DNA from: Bacillota bacterium
GTDB taxonomy: Bacteria; Bacillota; Sulfobacillia; JAJZYS01; JAJYTV01
Direction: 5' to 3'
Assembly (NCBI GenBank): GCA_021793215.1
Contig: JAJYTE010000004.1
Coordinates: 46,923-110,922, forward strand
DNA length: 64,000 nt
A program made the translations under genes and the position numbers. How positions within the stretch are numbered: the first letter of the stretch is position 1; each line of letters begins with the position of its first letter. Below the pieces are notes generated by a model. That model did no database searches, was not told the DNA's origin, and was given only the letters and a program-made list of their open reading frames with translations. This document shows positions 9,144-20,023 of this stretch, in pieces.

Positions 9144-10598
9144 TCAGTAGGATCTCGCCCAAAGCGCAGAGTGCTTCGCGGGCTGGCCGCACACCGCGCA
9201 AGTTTCCACCGGGAGCCCCTCGAATGGGATATTGCGGATCGTCGCGCCCGTCTCCTCACGCACCTTCTGTTCGCACGCGGGATCACCGCAGAAGCCGCCG
9301 GCGGCGAAGCCGCGCCGCGCCGCGGCGATCTCTCCGATCTCGGCGATGCTCGTCACCGCCTGGGTGCTGTCGAGCACGCGCTGGCGGGAGCGGCGCAGTA
9401 AGTTGTCCTGTACTTCGCCAAGGAGTGCAAGTACCGTCCCCTCCAGCCCGTCCTGGGAGACGGAAGTCTTCTCGCCCGTGTCGCGCCGCACGAGCACGCA
9501 CTGCTGTTCGCGCAGGTCGCGCGGACCGAGCTCGAGACGCACGGGCACGCCGCGCAGCTCCCAATGGTTGAACTTGTAGCCGGGCGTGAACTCCTCGCGG
9601 TCGTCGAGCAGCACGCGGACCGCGTCGCCGAGCCGGTCCTTCAGTTGACGGGCGCGCGTACGCACCGCCTCCCCCTCTGCGCCCGTACCGATCGGCACGA
9701 TCACGACCTGGGTCGGGGCCATCTTCGGCGGCAGCACGAGCCCACGCGCGTCGCCGTGCACCATGATCAAGGCGCCGATCGCGCGCCACGAGAGTCCCCA
9801 GGACGTCGTGTGCGCGAACTGCAGTTGGCCCTCGCGGTCGAGGTAGCGGATCTCGTACGCCTTCGCGAAGTTCTGGCCGAGGTTGTGCGACGTCGCGCCC
9901 TGCAGGGCCCGGCCGTCGCCCATCAGCGCCTCGACGGAGTAGGTGTTCTGGGCACCGGGGAACTTCTCGCTCTCCGTCTTCTGGCCGGGGACGACCCAGA
10001 TGGCCATCTCGTTCTCGTAGAAGTCGCGGTACACCTCGAGCATGCGCAGCGTTTCCTCCTGCGCCTCCTCAGCGGTGGCATGGGCAGTGTGCCCCTCCTG
10101 CCAGAGGAACTCGGTCGTGCGCAGAAAGGGGCGCGTCGCCTTCTCCCAGCGCACCACGTTGCACCACTGGTTGATCAGGATGGGCAGATCGCGGTAGGAC
10201 TGGACCCATCGGCTGTACATCGGTCCGATGATCGCCTCGGACGTCGGGCGGATCGCGAGGCGCTCCTGCAGGAGCTCGTCGCCGCCCGTCGAGACCCAGA
10301 GCACCTCGGGCGTGAAGCCCTCCACGTGCTCGGACTCGCGCAGCAGGAAGCTCTCCGGAATGAGCAGCGGGAAGTAGGCGTTCTGGTGCCCCGTCGCCTT
10401 GAAGCGATGGTCAAGCGCGGCCTGCGTGCGCTCCCACAGGTTGTAGCCGTACGGCTTGAAGACGACGCAGCCCCGCACGGGAGCGTAGTCGACCAGGTCG
10501 GCCTTCGTCACGACGTCCACGTACCACTGGGCGAAGTCGACGCTGGGATCGGCGATCTCCTGTACGAAGGAGCCCTTCTCCTTACCGGCTTTCGGCAC
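9144..10598 (-). CDS. proS: Proline--tRNA ligase, archaeal/eukaryote-like type
   Basis: WYVDVVTKADLVDY, RPTSEAII, FLRTTEFLWQEGHT, GATSHNLGQNF, C-terminal Cys-containing domain ending ARSY; no editing insertion. Confidence 0.96.
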   Translation of the reverse strand: MPKAGKEKGSFVQEIADPSVDFAQWYVDVVTKADLVDYAPVRGCVVFKPYGYNLWERTQAALDHRFKATGHQNAYFPLLIPESFLLRESEHVEGFTPEVLWVSTGGDELLQERLAIRPTSEAIIGPMYSRWVQSYRDLPILINQWCNVVRWEKATRPFLRTTEFLWQEGHTAHATAEEAQEETLRMLEVYRDFYENEMAIWVVPGQKTESEKFPGAQNTYSVEALMGDGRALQGATSHNLGQNFAKAYEIRYLDREGQLQFAHTTSWGLSWRAIGALIMVHGDARGLVLPPKMAPTQVVIVPIGTGAEGEAVRTRARQLKDRLGDAVRVLLDDREEFTPGYKFNHWELRGVPVRLELGPRDLREQQCVLVRRDTGEKTSVSQDGLEGTVLALLGEVQDNLLRRSRQRVLDSTQAVTSIAEIGEIAAARRGFAAGGFCGDPACEQKVREETGATIRNIPFEGLPVETCAVCGQPAKHSALWARSY

Positions 10599-11676
10599 TC
10601 GCCTTGGCCTCCTCATCGAGCCGGCGCACCTCGTCCACGAGGCGGTCGACCATCTCTTCCTGGCTCACCTTGCCGGCGATCTCCCCGTTCTTGTAGAGGA
10701 AGCCGAAGCCGCGCCCGCCGGCGAGCCCGACATCCGACTCCTTCGCCTCGCCGGGGCCGTTCACGACGCAACCCATCACCGAGATGCGCAGCGGCACGGT
10801 GAACCCGGAGACACGCTGCTCCACTTCGGCTGCGACCTTCTGCAGGTCGATCTCGCAGCGGCCGCAGGTCGGGCACGCGTATACGGTGGGGCCGAACACG
10901 CGGCGATCGGTCGCGCGCAGGATCTCGCGCGCGACCTTCACTTCCTCCTCGGCGGGGCCGGAGAGGGAGACCCGGATCGTGTCCCCGATCCCCTCGCTGA
11001 GAAGGATGCCCAAGCCGACGGAAGAACGGATCGATCCGGACCAGACGGTGCCGGACTCCGTGATGCCCAGGTGCAGCGGGACATCGCTCTGGCGGGAGAA
11101 GAGCCGGTAGGCGTCCACCGTCAGGGCCACTTCCGGTGCCTTCAGCGAGATGATGACTTGGTCGAAGTTCAGGTCGTCGAGGATCTCGAGGTGGCGCATG
11201 CCGCTCTCGACCATGGCCTCGGGCGTCGGGTGTCCGTACTTCTCGATGAGGTCCTTCTCGAGCGAGCCCGCGTTGACGCCGATGCGGATTGGCACGCCGC
11301 GCGACTTCGCCTCGGTCACGACGGCGCGGACCCGCTCCGGCGAGCCGATGTTGCCCGGGTTCAGCCGGAGCTTTTGGACGCCGGACTGCAGCGCGATCAG
11401 CGCGAGCCGGTAGTCGAAGTGGATGTCGGCGACGATCGGGATGGGACTCGCCGCCTTGATCTTCGCGAGCGCCTCGGCGGCCTGCCTGTCGAGTACGGCG
11501 AGGCGAACCATCTCGCAGCCTGCCTGCACGAGTCGGAAAATTTCCTCAAGGGTCGCCGGCACATCGCGCGTGTCGGTCTTCGTCATCGTCTGGACGACGA
11601 TCGGATGATCGCCGCCGATCGTCAGCGCGTCGCCAATGTGCACTTCGCGCGTTACCCGCCTTGTCGGCATTGGCAT
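10582..11676 (-). CDS. ispG: HMB-PP synthase IspG
   Basis: VADIHFDY, RLNPGNIG, CPTCGRC...MGCVVNGPGE Fe-S motifs. Confidence 0.97.
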   Translation of the reverse strand: MPMPTRRVTREVHIGDALTIGGDHPIVVQTMTKTDTRDVPATLEEIFRLVQAGCEMVRLAVLDRQAAEALAKIKAASPIPIVADIHFDYRLALIALQSGVQKLRLNPGNIGSPERVRAVVTEAKSRGVPIRIGVNAGSLEKDLIEKYGHPTPEAMVESGMRHLEILDDLNFDQVIISLKAPEVALTVDAYRLFSRQSDVPLHLGITESGTVWSGSIRSSVGLGILLSEGIGDTIRVSLSGPAEEEVKVAREILRATDRRVFGPTVYACPTCGRCEIDLQKVAAEVEQRVSGFTVPLRISVMGCVVNGPGEAKESDVGLAGGRGFGFLYKNGEIAGKVSQEEMVDRLVDEVRRLDEEAKASAESR

Positions 11677-11724
11677 TGCACCCGCCCATGGGCAGCGGGG
11701 GCTCGGCCCCCCTTCTCCGGCACC

Positions 11725-12759
11725 TTACATGGAGCCGTACATGTGAACGATATCATGGTACGCCAAAACGGCTGCCAGCCCAAGTAGGATCATCATCCCG
11801 ATCGAGTTGACCATCGCCTCGCGCTGCGGGTCCAGCCGACGGCCGCGAATCCACTCGATCGCCAGTACCAACAGCCGTTCGCCGTCCAATGGAGGGAACG
11901 GCACGAGGTTGATCAGCCCGAGGTTGACCGAGAGGACCGCCGCCAGCAGGAGGATCTGCGCAAGCCCCGCCGCTTCGGCCTGCTGCACCGCGCCGTAGAT
12001 GCCTACGATGCCCGATACCGGCGGTGCCTGGCCGTGCGTCAGCGGCCCGACGATCGCCGAGACGAGGACGCCGGATGCGCTGGCTGTCTGCTTCGCACCT
12101 TGCCCGAGCCCGCTCAGGAGGGGCTGGCGCACGGTCTCCAGCATCGGCAGCACGCCGATGTGGCGCACGTTCGGATAGCTCGGGTCGAGCGTCGGCGCGA
12201 CGGCCACTTGGAAGCGGCGGCCGTGGCGCAGCACCGTGAAGACGATCGGCTTGCCCTTCGCGGCGGAGACCGTCTTCAGGAGAGCGTTCCAGGAATGAAG
12301 CGGTGCCCCGTTCGCGGCGACGAGCTCGTCGCCGCGCTGCAGACCCGCGCGCTGCGCGGGCATGTTCGCCTCGAGGCCGCCGATGCGCGGCGGCCCCGGG
12401 ACGAAGGACTGCACGCCGACCGCGCTAAATAGCGCCCAGAAGAGAACGACCGCCAGCAAAAGGTTCATCGCGGGACCGGCCGCGATCGTCAGGATGCGCC
12501 CGATCATCGGCCGGCTGTTGAAGCTGTCCGGCGTCTCCTCCTGGCCCGGCTCCATGCCGTAGAGGCGGACGTAGCCGCCCAAGAGAATCGGGCGGAAGCT
12601 GTACTCGGTGTCGCCGCGCCGCCAGCCGAACAGGCGCGGCCCGAACCCGACGGAGAACTCGTCGACGCGAACGCCCCACCACTTCGCCACGATGAAGTGG
12701 CCGAACTCGTGGATCACGACCAGGCCGACCAACAGCGCGACGAAGAGCAGTGCCGTCAC
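11725..12759 (-). CDS. rseP: RseP/RasP M50 site-2 protease with PDZ
   Basis: HEFGH zinc motif, FSVGFGP, AGPAMN, NLVPFPPLDG. Confidence 0.94.
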   Translation of the reverse strand: MTALLFVALLVGLVVIHEFGHFIVAKWWGVRVDEFSVGFGPRLFGWRRGDTEYSFRPILLGGYVRLYGMEPGQEETPDSFNSRPMIGRILTIAAGPAMNLLLAVVLFWALFSAVGVQSFVPGPPRIGGLEANMPAQRAGLQRGDELVAANGAPLHSWNALLKTVSAAKGKPIVFTVLRHGRRFQVAVAPTLDPSYPNVRHIGVLPMLETVRQPLLSGLGQGAKQTASASGVLVSAIVGPLTHGQAPPVSGIVGIYGAVQQAEAAGLAQILLLAAVLSVNLGLINLVPFPPLDGERLLVLAIEWIRGRRLDPQREAMVNSIGMMILLGLAAVLAYHDIVHMYGSM

Positions 12760-13880
12760 CGCGCTTCACTCCCCCGTAGAAGGACCTGCGCCTGCCGTCG
12801 CGCCCACGCGTCTGCGGCCTTGAGCGCTGCGAAGTCCGGCGAAACGACCACCTCATGTCGATCGAGCACTGAAGCGATCAACGGAACGATGGATCCGAAC
12901 CCGATCTCGCCCGAGAGGAACGCCTGAACGGCCACCTGGTCGACCGCCGTCAAGACGGCCGGCATCGTGCCGCCTATTGTACCCGCGTCGCGGCACAGCC
13001 GCAAGGAAGGATAGCGGAGCGCATCCGGCCGCGCGAAGCGCAGTTCCGACATGTCCTCGGGCTCGAGCGGCCTGAGCGCGCCCTCCGGAACGTCAGGGTA
13101 CGCCAGCGCCTGCTCGATCGGCAACCGCATGTCGGGCCTGGCGAGCGAGGCGTACAGTGCGCCGTCCACCGTCTCGCAGAGCGCGTGGACGATCTGCGTC
13201 GGATGGATCCAGACGTCGAGCCGCTCAAGCGGCAACCCGAACAGCACGTGCGCCTCGATCAGCTCGATCCCCTTGTTCATCAATGTGGCAGAATCGATCG
13301 TCACGAGCGGGCCCATGCTCCAGTTCGGATGGCGCAGCGCGTCCTCGGGCGTCGCGTCCGAAAGGCGTTCGAGCGGCCAGTCGCGCAACGCACCGCCGGA
13401 TGTCGTGATGATCAGCCGCCGCACCGTCTGCGGCGGCCTGCCGCCCAGGAGCTGGAAGGCTGCGGCGTGCTCCGAGTCGACGGGCACCAGCAGGCCACGC
13501 GCGACCGCATCGCGCAGGAGGTCACCGCCCGCGATGATGGCCTCCTTGGTCGCGGCCGCAACGCGACGCCCCGCTCCGACGGCCGCGAGCAACGGCGGCA
13601 AGCCGTCGAAGCCGGTGACGGCCAGTACGACGGTGTCGACCGTCGGCCAGAGCGCCAGCTCCGTCAAGGCGCTGGGCCCGGAGAGACGCCGCCCGAAGGC
13701 GGCCTCGCCGCTCCCCTCGTCGTAGGAGTACGCCTCGGGCCGAAACTCCTCCACCAGCTGCCAGAACTCTGGGCCCGCGCGGCGCGCCGCGAGCGCGACC
13801 ACACGGTCGCCGCGCCGGCGGGCTACGGCGAGCGTCTGGCGCCCGATCGATCCGGTCGCTCCGAGCACTGCGAGGTTCAT
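12756..13880 (-). CDS. dxr: 1-deoxy-D-xylulose 5-phosphate reductoisomerase
   Basis: LGATGSIG, PVDSEH, HPNWSMG, DSATLMNKGIELIEA. Confidence 0.96.
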   Translation of the reverse strand: MNLAVLGATGSIGRQTLAVARRRGDRVVALAARRAGPEFWQLVEEFRPEAYSYDEGSGEAAFGRRLSGPSALTELALWPTVDTVVLAVTGFDGLPPLLAAVGAGRRVAAATKEAIIAGGDLLRDAVARGLLVPVDSEHAAAFQLLGGRPPQTVRRLIITTSGGALRDWPLERLSDATPEDALRHPNWSMGPLVTIDSATLMNKGIELIEAHVLFGLPLERLDVWIHPTQIVHALCETVDGALYASLARPDMRLPIEQALAYPDVPEGALRPLEPEDMSELRFARPDALRYPSLRLCRDAGTIGGTMPAVLTAVDQVAVQAFLSGEIGFGSIVPLIASVLDRHEVVVSPDFAALKAADAWARRQAQVLLRGSEAR

Positions 13881-14842
13881 GTCTGGACCTCCCCGAGGTA
13901 GGCCGCCCAGGCCGTCGCGGCCAGGACGGGACCGACGGCCAATCCGACGGTACCAAAGAGATGCACTCCGATGTACATCGTGACAAGCGCGGCCAGCGGG
14001 TGCAACCCCATCTGGCCCCCGACCAGCCGCGGCTCGATGGTCGGGCGTACCGTAGCCGCGGCGATCAGCACCAGCACCAGCCGCAGCGCGAGCGAGTACT
14101 GCCCCAGAAGCGCCGCGCCCGCCGCCCAGGGTCCGAGCACCGTCGCGGGCCCGAGCGCGGGCGCGATGTCCAGAACGCCGACGGCGAGCGCTGCCAGGAT
14201 CGCGTACGGCGCCCCGACCAGCAGGAGTCCCAGCCCGGTGACGAGTGTCGTGAGGGAGGCGAGCAGCAGTTGCGCCTTCAGGTAGCGCACCGTGGCGACG
14301 AGCGCCACGCGGCCGATCCGCAGAGATGGCCGCGGGAGTATGGCGGGCAACTCACGCGCGATGCCGCGCCGCAGCTGCGGCAGATCCCGAGACACAATGT
14401 AGGCGCCGACTGCCGCGACCACGATGGCGAGGGCGGTGTCGGGCAGTTGCAGCGCGATGCGACCCGCGCCCGTCGTTAGCTGCGTGAACACGTGCACCGG
14501 CACGGAGGGCGCCGGTCCCAGGAGGTGCTGTGGCCAGATCTCGCTGATGCGCTGCGAGAGGATCTGCGCCTCGGCAGGAAGCCCATGCGCTATGCGCAGC
14601 GCCTCCTGCACTGCGGCGCGCACGACGAGCGCGAGCGCCACGAACATCAGCGTGCCTAGCCCGCCCAGTGCCAGGACGGCCGCGAGCGGCCTCGGCATGC
14701 CGCGCGCGCTCAGTCGCTCGACGATCGGCTCTACGCCGGCGGCGAGCAGCAGCGCGAGGAGAATCGGGTAGAGGTGCGGCAAGAGGTAGCGCGCCAATGC
14801 GTACCCCAGCACCAGGACCAAGAGACCGCGCGCTTGGGGCAC
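13877..14842 (-). CDS. AI-2E family transporter (YtvI-like)
   Basis: Multi-TM protein with IEPRLVGGQMGLHPL and GLAVGP motifs; position between cdsA and dxr. Confidence 0.85.
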   Translation of the reverse strand: MPQARGLLVLVLGYALARYLLPHLYPILLALLLAAGVEPIVERLSARGMPRPLAAVLALGGLGTLMFVALALVVRAAVQEALRIAHGLPAEAQILSQRISEIWPQHLLGPAPSVPVHVFTQLTTGAGRIALQLPDTALAIVVAAVGAYIVSRDLPQLRRGIARELPAILPRPSLRIGRVALVATVRYLKAQLLLASLTTLVTGLGLLLVGAPYAILAALAVGVLDIAPALGPATVLGPWAAGAALLGQYSLALRLVLVLIAAATVRPTIEPRLVGGQMGLHPLAALVTMYIGVHLFGTVGLAVGPVLAATAWAAYLGEVQT

Positions 14843-14863
14843 TCCCAGCCCCCCGCTTCCGAG

Positions 14864-15640
14864 CTATCTCAGGAGATAGTATAGAAGCGGCAGGGCGAAA
14901 AGAATGGAGTCGATGCGGTCCAAGAGACCGCCATGTCCCGGCATGAATGTCCCGGAGTCCTTCGTGTTGGCCCAGCGCTTGATCGCCGACTCCCCGAGAT
15001 CGCCGAGCACCGCGAGGAGGCCGGTCACGACGCCGACCCAGAGGCCGAACTGCACGCCTCTCCCGAGCATGGAGAGGGAGAGCACGACGCCGGCCACAGT
15101 CGCTAGCGCGACCCCGCCGACCATGCCCTCCCAGGACTTTCCGGGCGACAGGCGCGGGGAGATCTTATGCCGTCCGAGGCGCGACCCGACGAGATACGCC
15201 CCGATGTCCGCCGCCCAGACCATCAGCAGCGCGGCTGCGGCGGGGGCGAAGCCGTGCGAGCGCAGCAGGAAGAGGTACGCGAGCGGAAGCGCGATGTAGA
15301 CCTGGCCGAAAAGGTCCATGCCGATGGTGCCGCCCGAGAGGCCGATCAGCGGCGGGACGACGAGGTTCACCGCCATCAGCAGCGCCATCGCGGGCCACAA
15401 GAGCCACAGGTGGCCAGAGAAGGCGACGAAGAGGATCGGAAGACCGCCGAAGAAGTTTAGCCAGCTGACCGGCACGGAGCCGCCCTCCTGGCAGATGCGG
15501 CTCCACTCGTGGGCCCCCAGCAGGTAGAAGCCGAGGAGCCCGAAGAGCAGGTAGTAGCCGCCGAGGTAGACAAGCGCGAGCACCAGGGGGATGGCGACGA
15601 TGGTGCTCGCGGCTCGCAGGGCAAGGGCGCTCCGCTTCAT
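14864..15640 (-). CDS. cdsA: Phosphatidate cytidylyltransferase
   Basis: SPGKSWEG, GDLGESAIKR, KDSGTFMPGHGGLLDRIDS; start trimmed to ATG 15640. Confidence 0.95.
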   Translation of the reverse strand: MKRSALALRAASTIVAIPLVLALVYLGGYYLLFGLLGFYLLGAHEWSRICQEGGSVPVSWLNFFGGLPILFVAFSGHLWLLWPAMALLMAVNLVVPPLIGLSGGTIGMDLFGQVYIALPLAYLFLLRSHGFAPAAAALLMVWAADIGAYLVGSRLGRHKISPRLSPGKSWEGMVGGVALATVAGVVLSLSMLGRGVQFGLWVGVVTGLLAVLGDLGESAIKRWANTKDSGTFMPGHGGLLDRIDSILFALPLLYYLLR

Positions 15641-16332
15641 GCGTGCCCACCGTAGCGACGCTCCCGCTGCTCGAACTGCTCGAGGGCGCGACGCAGCTCG
15701 GACTCGTCGAAGTCGGGCCAGAGCACAGGCGTGACGTAGATCTCCGCGTACGCGCTCTGCCACAGTAGGAAGTTTGAGAGGCGCACCTCTCCGCTCGGGC
15801 GGATGACCAGGTCGGGATCCGGCATGCCCGCCGTGTCCAGGAGCTCGCCGAACGCCTCCTCGTCCAGCGACTTGAGGTTCTCTGGGTTCGCGAGGGCGCG
15901 GCGCACCGCGCGGACGATCTCGTCTCGCCCGCCGTAGTTCACCGCGATCGCCAGTACAAGTCCCTGGTTCTGGGCCGTGCGGCGCGCCGCTGTCTCCATC
16001 TCGCGGCGGCACCGCTCCGGCATGGCGCGCGCATCTCCCAGGAAGACGATCTTGACCTGCTCTCGATCGAGCTCGTCGACTTCACTGCGCAGGTACTCGA
16101 CCAAGAGGTCCATCAGCACCTCGACCTCTTCCGGCGGGCGCTTCCAGTTCTCGGTGGAGAACGCGAAGACGGAGAGGTACTCGACTCCGAGGCCGGGCGC
16201 CGCGCGGACGATGCGCCTGAGCGCCTCGACGCCCGCGCGGTGGCCATAGGGGCGCGGCTGACCGCGCGTTGCGGCCCATCGGCCGTTGCCGTCCATGATG
16301 ATCGCCACGTGGCGCGCGCCGTACGTCGTCAT
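15637..16332 (-). CDS. uppS: Undecaprenyl diphosphate synthase
   Basis: HVAIIMDGNGRWA, FSTENWKRP, RPSGEVRLSNFLLWQ. Confidence 0.97.
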   Translation of the reverse strand: MTTYGARHVAIIMDGNGRWAATRGQPRPYGHRAGVEALRRIVRAAPGLGVEYLSVFAFSTENWKRPPEEVEVLMDLLVEYLRSEVDELDREQVKIVFLGDARAMPERCRREMETAARRTAQNQGLVLAIAVNYGGRDEIVRAVRRALANPENLKSLDEEAFGELLDTAGMPDPDLVIRPSGEVRLSNFLLWQSAYAEIYVTPVLWPDFDESELRRALEQFEQRERRYGGHA

Positions 16333-16532
16333 GGTGTCGGATCCTGAGCAGTCCGGAACGACGCCACCAGGACCTCCACCGCCTTCTCACCTTGCCGTGC
16401 GCGGACGACGCGCAGTTGATCGCCAGTGAACTCGCGAGGCGGCCGCGTCTCGCGCACCACCAGAGCCAGTCCCTCCACACGGCAGATCTCCCGCGCCTCC
16501 TCCAGGGTACAGCCCACCAGGACCGCCATCAA
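16329..16532 (-). CDS. Small hypothetical protein (possibly PASTA-like)
   Basis: Fills the frr-uppS gap with overlapping start/stop codons at both ends; LVGCTLEEAREIC...LRVVR pattern. Confidence 0.65.
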   Translation of the reverse strand: MMAVLVGCTLEEAREICRVEGLALVVRETRPPREFTGDQLRVVRARQGEKAVEVLVASFRTAQDPTP

Positions 16533-17083
16533 ACGGAGAGGATCTCCTTCTCCTTCGCTGCCACGGCCTGGTCGATCTCGCCGATCGCGTTGTCGGTCAG
16601 CTTCTGAAGTTCGTCCTGCAAGCGGCGCAAGTCGTCCTCCGTGATGCTGGCCTGCTTCTGCTCCGCCTTCAGGTGGTCCACCGCGTCACGCCGCACGTTG
16701 CGCACCGCGACCTTCTCGTCCTCCGCCTTCCGGTGCAGCACGCGCACGAGTTCCTTGCGCCGCTCCTCGGTCAGCTGGGGGATCTGCAGCCGGATGACGT
16801 TGCCGTCGGACGCCGGAGAGAGTCCGAGTTCGCTCTTCAGGATCGCCTTCTCGATCACCGGCACGAGCTGCCGGTCCCACGGCTGGATCACCAGCAGGCG
16901 GGCTTCCGGTGCCGTGATCTGGGCGACCTGCTGCAGCGGCGTCGGCGTGCCGTAGTACTCCACCGACAGCTTCTCGACGAGCGCGGGCGTCGCCCGGCCG
17001 GCCCGCAGCGTCTGCAACTCCTCGTGCAGCACCGCCACCGACTTCTCCATCTTGTCCTTCGCCTGGTTCAGCAGGGCGTGCAT
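16529..17083 (-). CDS. frr: Ribosome recycling factor
   Basis: LRAGRATP, YYGTPTPL, PQLTEERRKELV, VRNVRRD. Confidence 0.97.
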   Translation of the reverse strand: MHALLNQAKDKMEKSVAVLHEELQTLRAGRATPALVEKLSVEYYGTPTPLQQVAQITAPEARLLVIQPWDRQLVPVIEKAILKSELGLSPASDGNVIRLQIPQLTEERRKELVRVLHRKAEDEKVAVRNVRRDAVDHLKAEQKQASITEDDLRRLQDELQKLTDNAIGEIDQAVAAKEKEILSV

Positions 17084-17084
17084 C

Positions 17085-18435
<1,351 letters not shown>

Positions 18436-18463
18436 ACCGTTTCCCTCCCATATTCGTGCGAAG

Positions 18464-18490
18464 GCGCCCCCGGTCTCATACCGGGGGCGC
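18464..18490 (-). terminator. rpsB-tsf intergenic hairpin (attenuator or stabiliser)
   Basis: GCGCCCCCGGT-N5-ACCGGGGGCGC, 11-bp stem. Confidence 0.6.
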
Positions 18491-18501
18491 AGAGAAGCCT
18501 C

Positions 18502-19200
<699 letters not shown>

Positions 19201-19308
19201 GAGATTCCTCCTATCGGTTTTGCCGCCGCGCGGCTCCTCTGCACCGAGAAACCCGGCTGCCCGGGCCACCGCCCAGCACATCACCGCGCGTGCGAAATTG
19301 CCTTCAGC

Positions 19309-19337
19309 AGTATACCACGGGCCAGATGAGGGCTCAA
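19309..19337 (-). promoter_or_regulatory. Sigma-A promoter of rpsB-tsf, followed by a ~100 nt leader (probable S2 autoregulatory leader)
   Basis: TTGAGC-N17-TATACT with extended TG. Confidence 0.7.
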
Positions 19338-19401
19338 TCAGTTCCAAGGACGCGCACGCGCGCTTCTGGGGCGCGCGCGGCGGCGAGATCCTAGATCTCT
19401 C

Positions 19402-19447
19402 TTGCGCGCGGCCGTCGCACGTGCTAGCATTCGTTCTCGTGAGAACG
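19402..19447 (+). promoter_or_regulatory. MarR-MFS promoter and operator
   Basis: TTGCGC-N17-TAGCAT (extended TG), followed by a perfect inverted repeat CGTTCTC-gt-GAGAACG (19432-19447). Confidence 0.7.
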
Positions 19448-19471
19448 TTTCGCGCAGAACGAGGTGATCGC

Positions 19472-20023
19472 TTGGAGGCTCCGGAGGTCGTCCTGCTGCA
19501 GTTGCTCAAGGCGTTGAACCAGCAGATGGTCACGCGGCTCCGCGCCGTCGCGTTCGACCACGACCTGCCCGGGTCGGGAATCGGCGTGCTGCATCAGGTG
19601 CGGGAGACTCCCGGTGCCACCGTCAGCGAGATCTCGCGCCAGACGCATGTCGCGAAGTCGCATGTATCCACCACGGTCGATGAACTGTGTCGCCAGGGTT
19701 TCCTGGAGAAACGGCCGGACGCCCAGGACCATCGGCTCGTCCGCCTGTACCAGTCCGAGAAGGCACATCAGATCAGCGAGGCAGTCCTCTCCGAGGTGAA
19801 GCGCGAACTGCGCGCGGTGCTCGACAGCGTCCCGTCCGAGACGCTCGCCTCGCTGATCGCTGGACTGGACGCATTGCTGGTTGCGTTCGAACAGGACACG
19901 GCTGACCGCCTGGGTGGGTCGCATGCCCACGTGGGCAACACAGGGCCGGAGTCGCGCCAACCAAGGGATTGCGAGGGGGACCACACAGTTGCAGAACGAG
20001 AGGGCGGAAGTCGCAGAGCGTAG
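19472..20023 (+). CDS. MarR family transcriptional regulator
   Basis: [43 protein letters not shown] winged HTH; TTG after a GAGGTGA SD. Confidence 0.9.
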   Translation: MEAPEVVLLQLLKALNQQMVTRLRAVAFDHDLPGSGIGVLHQVRETPGATVSEISRQTHVAKSHVSTTVDELCRQGFLEKRPDAQDHRLVRLYQSEKAHQISEAVLSEVKRELRAVLDSVPSETLASLIAGLDALLVAFEQDTADRLGGSHAHVGNTGPESRQPRDCEGDHTVAEREGGSRRA

